In this document: positions 1 through 7,159 of the stretch, piece by piece | Position numbering within the stretch: the stretch's first letter is position 1 | How the letters are laid out: each line of letters begins with the position of its first letter | NCBI GenBank assembly: GCA_964562505.1 | Contig: CAZLTB010000002.1 | Span: 1,200-65,199 of the forward strand | Reading direction: 5' to 3' | DNA from: an uncultured Candidatus Saccharibacteria bacterium | GTDB taxonomy: Bacteria > Patescibacteriota > Saccharimonadia > Saccharimonadales > CAZLTB01 | DNA: 64,000 bases | The notes under the pieces: generated by a model | Seen by the model: the letters and a program-made list of their open reading frames with translations, nothing else | What the model was told of the DNA's origin: nothing | Database searches by the model: none | Translations under genes and position numbers: made by a program

Positions 1-231
1 GGTTCCGCTACAAGTATTTGCTAAAGTCCCATTATTATTATTAGTGTATTCACTTACTGCACCTAATAATCCTGCTACGTCATTTTTCCGTTGTGTATTG
101 CGTGAATTACGCTGAAGTGCTGGCACAGCTAGGAATACTATCAAAAGAATTAATCCAGCTATAGCTAAGACTATCAAGACTTCAATTATAGTGAAGCCCT
201 CAGTTCGTTTACGAAGATTTTTGAAACTCAT
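1..231 (-). CDS. Type IV pilin-like protein, N-terminal part (3' end runs off the window)
   Basis: Minus-strand ORF open to position 1, with ATG at 229-231 preceded by an AAGGGGGG SD. It translates as MSFKNLRKRTEG/FTIIEVLIVLAIAGLILLIVFLAVPALQRN. This is a prepilin class III signal: short basic leader, Gly-1/Phe+1, Glu+5 and a hydrophobic helix. It is absent from the ORF track because there is no stop inside the window. Confidence 0.8.
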   Translation of the reverse strand, partial: MSFKNLRKRTEGFTIIEVLIVLAIAGLILLIVFLAVPALQRNSRNTQRKNDVAGLLGAVSEYTNNNNGTLANTCSGT

Positions 232-288
232 TTGGCGAATGCCCCCCTTGGTGAGTGTTTTAAATGCTTATGTTTCAGATAATAAAGA

Positions 289-309
289 GCTTATGCTTAA
301 AATGCAAGC
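289..309 (-). terminator. Possible hairpin between pilC and the pilin gene (weak terminator or processing site)
   Basis: Imperfect inverted repeat GCTTATGC-TTAAAA-TGCAAGC (7 bp with one bulge). It lies directly after the pilC stop and is flanked by A/T runs on both strands. Confidence 0.3.
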
Positions 310-314
310 GTTTT

Positions 315-1532
315 TTATTTAATAATGGTCTTGCCGGCAAGACCATAAATCGGTAACAGCACTGCGGCAACGATAATAAAGGCAAATATTCCTAGAATAA
401 CCATAAGTACAGGTTCGATGATAGTAGAGATGGTCTTGATCTCGTTATCAACTTCTTTCTCATAGTAATCAGCTGTTTTTGCCAGCATTTTCTCTATAGC
501 TCCGGATTGTTCACCAATTTTGAGCATATCTGGAACCAGATCTAGGAAATTGGGGTCTCCTTTTAGAGAGTCCGACAGGGATTTACCGCCCTTTACCTTT
601 TCAATGGCTTTGTGCAAGGAATCTTCTATATGAACATTATTGATGGCATTTGAAGTAACTTCCAGCATCTGAAGCAACGGCACGCCGCTAGCAACTAATG
701 TCTGGCCTGTACGGGCAAACCGAGCCATGTACATTTTCATAAATAGTGGTCCTATTGGCCATGCCCGCATTTTAAGACGATCTGTTATTCTTTTACCGCC
801 TAACGTGCTCGCCCAGCGGCTTCCAAAAAAGATAATTAGCACCAGTGCTACTATGAGTGCCCACCAGTATTTGACAGCAAAGCGTGATAAACCTAGTAGT
901 AACCGAGTAATAAGCGGCAAAGTGGCGCCAGGTATACCATCGTAAAGTATTTGAACTTGCGGCAATACTTTTACGATCATAAAGCCAATAACCAAAAACA
1001 TCACTAGCAGAACAATTATTGGATAAACCATGGCGCCGCGTACCTTACTGATAATTTCAGCGTCTTTTTCTTGCTGTGTCGCAAGGCGCTCTAAAGCGGC
1101 GTCTAGCGTACCAGAAACTTCACCAGCAGCAATTAAACTTAAATAAACCTGGTTAAATATAGCAGGATGATGCGATAAGGCAACTGACAATGCCGAGCCA
1201 GCTTCTACATCGTTAATAACCTGGTTAATAGCTACCTTGAATGTTTTGCTCTGGGTTTGAGCTGCTACGCTTCTAAGGCTCTGTATAAGCGGTAAACCAG
1301 CGTTTATAAGAGTCGATAGTTGCCTGGAGAACAAAATCTTGTCTTTGGTATGGATCCGATTAAAAAGTTTGGACAAACCATGTTGGCTTGCGCCCGTTAC
1401 GCTAATTTCAATCGGCGATAATCCTTGAGAACTAATTGCCTTGGCGGCAGCTTGCTCACTATCGGCCTGAACCTGCGCTTTGATCTTTTGACCGCTGGCC
1501 GAATCGCGAGCTACATAATCAAATGTTAGCAT
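315..1532 (-). CDS. pilC: Type IV pilus platform protein PilC (GspF family)
   Basis: 405 aa. Duplicated GspF-type domain (FSRQLSTLINAGLPLIQSL and FARTGQTLVASGVPLLQML), three TM segments, and a position next to pilT/pilB. Confidence 0.92.
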   Translation of the reverse strand: MLTFDYVARDSASGQKIKAQVQADSEQAAAKAISSQGLSPIEISVTGASQHGLSKLFNRIHTKDKILFSRQLSTLINAGLPLIQSLRSVAAQTQSKTFKVAINQVINDVEAGSALSVALSHHPAIFNQVYLSLIAAGEVSGTLDAALERLATQQEKDAEIISKVRGAMVYPIIVLLVMFLVIGFMIVKVLPQVQILYDGIPGATLPLITRLLLGLSRFAVKYWWALIVALVLIIFFGSRWASTLGGKRITDRLKMRAWPIGPLFMKMYMARFARTGQTLVASGVPLLQMLEVTSNAINNVHIEDSLHKAIEKVKGGKSLSDSLKGDPNFLDLVPDMLKIGEQSGAIEKMLAKTADYYEKEVDNEIKTISTIIEPVLMVILGIFAFIIVAAVLLPIYGLAGKTIIK

Positions 1533-1533
1533 T

Positions 1534-2607
1534 TCAGCCTCGCATCAACCTGTCTAATTCATCGAGGTCAACAGCAACATTTCGAGCTTCTTCATAGGTG
1601 ATCGTACCGTTATGGATCAAGTTAACCAGGGTCTTGTCCATCGACTGCATACCATGTTCAGCGCCTGTTTGGATCACAGCTTCTAGCTGATGGCTTTTAC
1701 CTTCTCGGATGATATTACGTACAGCAGGTGTGGCAATTAATACTTCTGCGGCCGCAATCCTGCCTCCACCGATACTTGGCAATAGGCGCTGCGAACAAAT
1801 GGCCATTAAAATATTGGCTAACTGTGCCCGTATTTGAGGTTGCTGATGAGGCGGGAAAACATCAACCATACGATCAATACTTTGAGCGGCGCCATTAGTG
1901 TGCAGAGTTGCAAATACAAGGTGGCCGGTTTCAGCAATAGTAATAGCTGCAGCGATTGTTTCAAGATCACGCATCTCACCAATCAGCACCACATCTGGAT
2001 CTTCGCGCAAACTGCTACGCAAGGCAGCCGAGAACGAATAGGTATCGTAGTGCACTTCCCTTTGAACAATGACTGATTTTTTACTCTTATGCGTAAATTC
2101 TATCGGGTCTTCGATGGTTACTATGTGCGATGCTCGTTCCATATTTATTTTGTTAACCAACGCAGCTAGAGTCGTAGATTTACCAGAACCGGTTGGACCT
2201 GTTATAAGAACAAGACCTCTAGGATAATCAGCAAATTTGTTAACTATTGCCGGAAGCCCTAGTTGTTCTATAGATAACATTTCATTAGGGATAAGCCGCA
2301 TAGCGGCTGCCATGTTTCCGCGTTCATGAAAAGCATTGACGCGGAATCGACCTAGATCCCCAAAAGCGAAGCTAAAGTCAAATTCTTTGTCTTTAAGTAA
2401 AATCTGTTTTTGATCTTCGTCAAGTATAGAAAAAATTAGTGCCTCTACTCCTTCTTCAGTCAAAACTTCTGTTCCAGGTACGGGCGCTAAGGCTCCATCA
2501 ACCCTAAGAATTGGTGCCAAACCTACCTGAATGTGTAAGTCCGAAGCTTTGCGCTTAATAACTTCGTCTAGTAGTACTTCGATTCTTGGTAATGCTGCCA
2601 TGTCCAC
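1534..2607 (-). CDS. pilT: Twitching-motility (retraction) ATPase PilT
   Basis: 357 aa. Walker A GPTGSGKSTT, Asp box, Walker B VVLIGEMRD and His box ETGHLVFATLHTN, with PilT-typical length. The TGA stop lies 1 nt before the pilC ATG. Confidence 0.92.
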   Translation of the reverse strand: MDMAALPRIEVLLDEVIKRKASDLHIQVGLAPILRVDGALAPVPGTEVLTEEGVEALIFSILDEDQKQILLKDKEFDFSFAFGDLGRFRVNAFHERGNMAAAMRLIPNEMLSIEQLGLPAIVNKFADYPRGLVLITGPTGSGKSTTLAALVNKINMERASHIVTIEDPIEFTHKSKKSVIVQREVHYDTYSFSAALRSSLREDPDVVLIGEMRDLETIAAAITIAETGHLVFATLHTNGAAQSIDRMVDVFPPHQQPQIRAQLANILMAICSQRLLPSIGGGRIAAAEVLIATPAVRNIIREGKSHQLEAVIQTGAEHGMQSMDKTLVNLIHNGTITYEEARNVAVDLDELDRLMRG

Positions 2608-2618
2608 CCTCTCCTTAT

Positions 2619-4427
2619 TTAAGCGCTGTCCGCTGTTGCAACCCTATTGACTTCAGCCAGGGTCGTGCGCCCCGCTAAGGCCTTCAAATAACCGTCCTCA
2701 CGCATAGTAATCATGCCCTGTTTTTGGGCCGCGTTCTGGATTTCGGTACTGGTTGAATGTTTGATGATTAGCTCCTGTATCGGTTCGGTGATTTCAAATA
2801 CCTCGTACAGGCCTAGACGGCCTTTATAGCCCCCAGGCGTATCAGCACTGTCTGTGCCTTTATACAAAGTATAAGCATTTTGGTCTCTTAGAGGCAAGTT
2901 TTCATAGCCTAAATCAGTTAACGCAGCTTTGACCTGTTCTGGTTTTTCAGGCAGTAGGTGTGAAAGTGTAGTTTTAACGGACTCTGTTTCCGCTGCGTCG
3001 GATTGATAAGATTGTTTGCTTTCTTCACTGATACGTCTGACTAGACGTTGCCCGATTACAGTATGCACGGTACTGGCAATCAAAAATGGCTCAATACCCA
3101 TATCAAGAAGTCGGGGCAAAATGCCAGCTGCCGAGTTGGTGTGCAGGGTACTGAATACTAAATGGCCGGTTAAGGCTGCTTGTATTGCAAGCATTGCAGT
3201 CTCAGAATCGCGAATCTCACCCACTAAAACTACGTCGGGGTCCTGTCTTAAAATTGATCTTAGGCCTGTTGCAAAAGTAAGGCCTACATCAGGATTAACT
3301 TGGATCTGGTTTACGCCATCTATTTTATATTCAACCGGATCCTCAAGAGTAACTATATTTATGGCATCGTTTTTTATTTCCTGAATCATTGCATACATGG
3401 AAGTAGACTTACCGGATCCAGTTGGGCCGGAGGTTAAAATCATGCCATTAGACCGTGTAAGTCCAGTACGAATTGTGCGAAGTGCTCTACCTGTATAGCC
3501 CATATCTTCCAATTTGAGGCTAGTACCAGTCTTGTCCAGAAGCCGTATAACCACCTGTTCACCCCATACTACGGGTGAGATAGCAATACGCAGGTCTATA
3601 TCTTTGTCATTGGCGCGAACAGTAAACTGACCGTCTTGAGGTACACGATGTTCATCTATTTTAAGATTGGATAAAATTTTTATGCGGGAAACCAGTGCTG
3701 GTTCGGTGCTCTTTGGAAGTTTCATGATTTCACGCAAAACTCCATCTATACGACAGCGAATCTTTAGTTCCTTCTCAAGTGGCTCAATATGGATATCACT
3801 GGCCCTGTTTTTAGCGGCAAAGTCTAAAATTGACGACAGTGCTTTACTAATCGGCGAATCTTGAACAATGGTCTTTATATTTTTTTCTCTGTCATTAGGC
3901 TTTTTGGCTTGCTGCTCAGCCTCAGCTTGTTCTTCCTGGATTTTTTGTGCATCTTCGAGATCCCCGACAATGTTTTGATCAAGCTGAATTCCATACTGCT
4001 TCAACACATTGCGTATGCCCTCTTCACTGGCAGAGTAGACCTTGAGGGGTCGGCTAATTTTGTTAGACAAAAAGTCAACTGCCTGTACATTGTCAGCATC
4101 AAGCATTGCCACCGCTAAGCGATTATGCATTTCGCCTAATGGCACTGTCATGTAACGCTCGGCAATTTCTTTAGGTAATAACTTAAGTATGTCTGGGCTA
4201 ACTTTTGCAGCCGTCAAGTTAACATATGGAATTTTGGTAACGTACGCGACGGTTTTTGTCAGATCTTCATTTGTGATAATGCCATCATGGACTAATAGGC
4301 TTAGGAACGGTTCGCTGTTGTGCTCAGCCTTTTGTTTTAGGCCTTTTAGTTTATTGGACTCAATCAAACCGTCCTTGACAAGCTTATCCTCTACTTGCCT
4401 TTGAGCTGAAGCTGATAGAACGCTCAT
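2619..4427 (-). CDS. pilB: Type IV pilus assembly ATPase PilB (GspE family)
   Basis: 602 aa. N-terminal MshEN/GspE-N-like domain, Walker A GPTGSGKSTS, VVLVGEIRD and LTGHLVFSTLHTN. The usual C-terminal tetracysteine motif is absent (see findings). Confidence 0.92.
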   Translation of the reverse strand: MSVLSASAQRQVEDKLVKDGLIESNKLKGLKQKAEHNSEPFLSLLVHDGIITNEDLTKTVAYVTKIPYVNLTAAKVSPDILKLLPKEIAERYMTVPLGEMHNRLAVAMLDADNVQAVDFLSNKISRPLKVYSASEEGIRNVLKQYGIQLDQNIVGDLEDAQKIQEEQAEAEQQAKKPNDREKNIKTIVQDSPISKALSSILDFAAKNRASDIHIEPLEKELKIRCRIDGVLREIMKLPKSTEPALVSRIKILSNLKIDEHRVPQDGQFTVRANDKDIDLRIAISPVVWGEQVVIRLLDKTGTSLKLEDMGYTGRALRTIRTGLTRSNGMILTSGPTGSGKSTSMYAMIQEIKNDAINIVTLEDPVEYKIDGVNQIQVNPDVGLTFATGLRSILRQDPDVVLVGEIRDSETAMLAIQAALTGHLVFSTLHTNSAAGILPRLLDMGIEPFLIASTVHTVIGQRLVRRISEESKQSYQSDAAETESVKTTLSHLLPEKPEQVKAALTDLGYENLPLRDQNAYTLYKGTDSADTPGGYKGRLGLYEVFEITEPIQELIIKHSTSTEIQNAAQKQGMITMREDGYLKALAGRTTLAEVNRVATADSA

Positions 4428-4442
4428 CTCGTCCTTTTGTTT

Positions 4443-4691
4443 CTATTGTTTAGTATTAAATGGTTTTGGATTTGAATTGTCACCCACTCTAATTATGCTG
4501 GTTGGGTCAAACGACTTGTCATTAAAGTATTTTTGGTCAGGTGTCGGAAAATCAGTGGTAATTCTTTCGACAATTGTAACTTGAGCGCTACGATTTTTGG
4601 GTGTGGTAATTAATAGTTTCGACAAAAATAGCGAAAGTACGCCGCTTATGAAAGCGATGACTATTATCAGGGCTATATCTTTTTGCTTCAT
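4443..4691 (-). CDS. Small single-pass membrane protein of the pilus operon (unknown function)
   Basis: 82 aa with an N-terminal TM helix (IALIIVIAFISGVLSLFLSKLL). It sits tightly between the pilO-like gene (2 nt gap) and pilB (15 nt gap). Confidence 0.55.
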   Translation of the reverse strand: MKQKDIALIIVIAFISGVLSLFLSKLLITTPKNRSAQVTIVERITTDFPTPDQKYFNDKSFDPTSIIRVGDNSNPKPFNTKQ

Positions 4692-4692
4692 A

Positions 4693-5364
4693 CTACTCTA
4701 TCACCTTAGTTGGAAAGTTTAATTGCTTTTCGGGTAGATAGTAGGTCACAGCACTAACATCAAGTTGAAGTTCACTATTCTTACCACTTAGGCTGATCTT
4801 CTGGATATTAAGCGGACGAATCGAGCGCTGCATTATGTCGATCAGGCCAGGTATTGAGTCATACGTGCTAGTAACTGTAAAAGAGAAAGGCATTTCTACG
4901 GGTTGTGGCGTAGCACTTGATTGGGGACTAGCTTGGGCAATTTCGTCATCACTGCCGGTAATATTAGAGATCTTGAAATTGCGATCAGTCAAAATCTTTT
5001 CCAAGCTACTAGCTAAAGCTGGAAAGTCATACTTACTTGGCAACGCATCCAGAATAATCTTGGCGTTATTGCCGTCTCTATCTCCCGTTCCACTGGAACT
5101 ACCACCAATTACATTGTTCGGCTGTGAAACAAATTGTCTATATGAGGTTGCCAGCTGGTCAACGTTCTTTATGTTTTCTCGTAATTGTTTTACAGCTTTT
5201 TCCTGTTCTTTAGTAACCCTTGCTTGATAGGCACGTTGTGATAAGAGAGCCTTGGAAGCAACGAGTGAAAATATGACTATGAATGCAGCAGCCGAAACTG
5301 CGCCCACAATCACTGCTTGCGCTCGATCAATTTGCATTCTTTTGCCTGATAGTTGTACTGCCAT
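4693..5364 (-). CDS. pilO: PilO-like pilus alignment protein
   Basis: 223 aa with one TM helix followed by a coiled coil. Contains the PilO-like segment ILDALPSKYDFPALASSLEKIL and follows pilN. Confidence 0.65.
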   Translation of the reverse strand: MAVQLSGKRMQIDRAQAVIVGAVSAAAFIVIFSLVASKALLSQRAYQARVTKEQEKAVKQLRENIKNVDQLATSYRQFVSQPNNVIGGSSSGTGDRDGNNAKIILDALPSKYDFPALASSLEKILTDRNFKISNITGSDDEIAQASPQSSATPQPVEMPFSFTVTSTYDSIPGLIDIMQRSIRPLNIQKISLSGKNSELQLDVSAVTYYLPEKQLNFPTKVIE

Positions 5365-5369
5365 GACTA

Positions 5370-6050
5370 TTATTGTGCCTTCGTATTAGAGTTAGGTTGA
5401 AACAAATCGGTAGGCTTTTCAGTCTCAGATCGCGTCGTAACTTGCTGGGGAACGATTAGTTTAACTTCGGTTTTACTATTGAATATAGCTGGATCAAATT
5501 TAAGGTTTATGGTATAGCTTGCTCCTTTGTCATCACGTCCAAAATTGGTCAAAACCACATCTGAAAATGCTTTAGCCGTAACAGGAGGGTCTCCAGCTGT
5601 ATAGGTAGTGAACTTCATTGTATCTATAAAGGTGTTGACAGTCTTTATGCTGTCGGCAGCGCCAGTAATGGTCATGCTGGAATCAGTAAAGCTTACATCT
5701 ATCTTAGCAATGCTAATTTGTGAAGGAGTTATTTGGCCTAGATAGTTAAATAGCCGAGTTGCCACAGGCTTTTTATCATGTAAGGCCGGTAAATTAACTA
5801 ATTGATTCTGAACTGTTAAAACTTTGTCCAAATCCTTTGTGTCTTTCAGTTTCTTGGTCATGGTAGAGACGTCTTTGTTAAGATCGCTCAAGTGCTTTTT
5901 CTGGACACCATCTACAACTACGAACAGTAGAACAAGTACGGTGATGGCCACTGCGCTGACAATAAATGAAATCAGCATAATCAGCTGTTTAGTGCGCTTC
6001 GCTCGTATGTATTCAAGCTTTACATCAGGTAAAAGGTTAAACTGTATCAT
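5370..6050 (-). CDS. pilN: PilN-like fimbrial assembly protein
   Basis: 226 aa. N-terminus MIQFNLLPDVK (the PilN INLLP motif), then one TM helix and a periplasm-type domain. Directly downstream of pilM. Confidence 0.8.
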   Translation of the reverse strand: MIQFNLLPDVKLEYIRAKRTKQLIMLISFIVSAVAITVLVLLFVVVDGVQKKHLSDLNKDVSTMTKKLKDTKDLDKVLTVQNQLVNLPALHDKKPVATRLFNYLGQITPSQISIAKIDVSFTDSSMTITGAADSIKTVNTFIDTMKFTTYTAGDPPVTAKAFSDVVLTNFGRDDKGASYTINLKFDPAIFNSKTEVKLIVPQQVTTRSETEKPTDLFQPNSNTKAQ

Positions 6051-6053
6051 TTT

Positions 6054-7094
6054 TTACTCACTTCTCTCCGCTAAGCCTGCTGCAACCCCGAAATGATTGG
6101 ATACAGCTAGTAATTCATTTTGCCGACCCGCTGGAAATGAAACGTTACGCCATGCGTTACCGATTTCAACACTTATGCCGAATTTATTGGCAATATATAC
6201 CGGAAATTCCGGTAAGGCTGAGGCACCGCCAGTAACGATGAGCCGATCTATTTTAGTGCTTGTGTAGCGAGTTTGGAAAAACTTGATCGACTTTTCTATT
6301 TCCGTAATCAGGATGTCAATTGTGCCGATAATTCCCTGATATATTTGACCTTCGAGTTTGTCTTTTGACATGCCAAATTTAAATACAAACTGTTCAGCTT
6401 GTTTCTGATCAATATTCAAATTTTGCATTGCAGCTTTTACTATCGCCTCCGTTCCAGTTGGTATAGACCGAACTAAACGAGGTGCACCACTCATAGTTAC
6501 AACCAGATCGGTACTTTTGCTGCCCATATCAAGGACTATCTGTGGCAAGGTGGCGTCAAAAGAAACAATTGCGCGGGCAAGTGCTAGGCTATCGGGCTCA
6601 AAAGCGATAACATTTAGCCCAATTGCCTCTAGCATATCAAGTCTTCGTTCTATAAATTCATTAGTAACACTTGATATCAAAACCTCAACCTTTGTTTTAT
6701 CAACCGGTGAATCCCCGAGCATCGCCCAATCAAGCTTTGACTCTGATAGCTGTGTTGGAATAAGCGAATCAGCTTGGTAGTGTATAGTTCTGTCGAGTTC
6801 ACTAGGAGAGAGACGTTCAATGTCTACAACAGTTGCAAACACCCGCTGAGAAGGTATACCTACAGCTACGTTACGGCTGGCTATCCCAGCTTCTGAGACT
6901 AAATCCCTTATAACCTGCCCTAATTTTTGCTCATCAGCTTTGGAATCGCTCATAGCGGTCTTTGCATCCACCTCAGTGAAACCATAGTGAGCTAATACCT
7001 TCGTTGGCCCGGTACCGCGCAGCTCTACTAAGCGGACGGCGGTGGTGCCGATGTCCAACCCAAAAAAATCACTTACCCCACTCAGTAAACTCAT
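6054..7094 (-). CDS. pilM: PilM, actin-like ATPase of the type IV pilus
   Basis: 346 aa. Shows GLDIGTTAVRLVEL and LDMGSKSTD phosphate-binding motifs of the FtsA/PilM actin fold, plus operon context. Confidence 0.9.
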   Translation of the reverse strand: MSLLSGVSDFFGLDIGTTAVRLVELRGTGPTKVLAHYGFTEVDAKTAMSDSKADEQKLGQVIRDLVSEAGIASRNVAVGIPSQRVFATVVDIERLSPSELDRTIHYQADSLIPTQLSESKLDWAMLGDSPVDKTKVEVLISSVTNEFIERRLDMLEAIGLNVIAFEPDSLALARAIVSFDATLPQIVLDMGSKSTDLVVTMSGAPRLVRSIPTGTEAIVKAAMQNLNIDQKQAEQFVFKFGMSKDKLEGQIYQGIIGTIDILITEIEKSIKFFQTRYTSTKIDRLIVTGGASALPEFPVYIANKFGISVEIGNAWRNVSFPAGRQNELLAVSNHFGVAAGLAERSE

Positions 7095-7103
7095 ATTAGT
7101 CGG

Positions 7104-7112
7104 ATTATAGCA
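7104..7112 (-). promoter_or_regulatory. Extended -10 element (TGCTATAAT) for the pilM operon
   Basis: The reverse complement of 7104-7112 is TGCTATAAT, with TTGTCA 19 nt upstream. The predicted start site falls only about 3 nt before the pilM ATG, and no SD is present. Confidence 0.4.
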
Positions 7113-7159
7113 TAAGCGTTACGTTTGCTGACAATAATTTCATTAAGCTTTTTCATAGT

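Noticed and set aside
1534-1536. Possibility of an alternative genetic code with TGA as a sense codon, as in some CPR lineages.
   Set aside because: TGA terminates pilT exactly at the family-typical C-terminus, 1 nt before the pilC ATG. The long conserved genes (pnp, polA, groEL, argS) are uninterrupted under the standard code.
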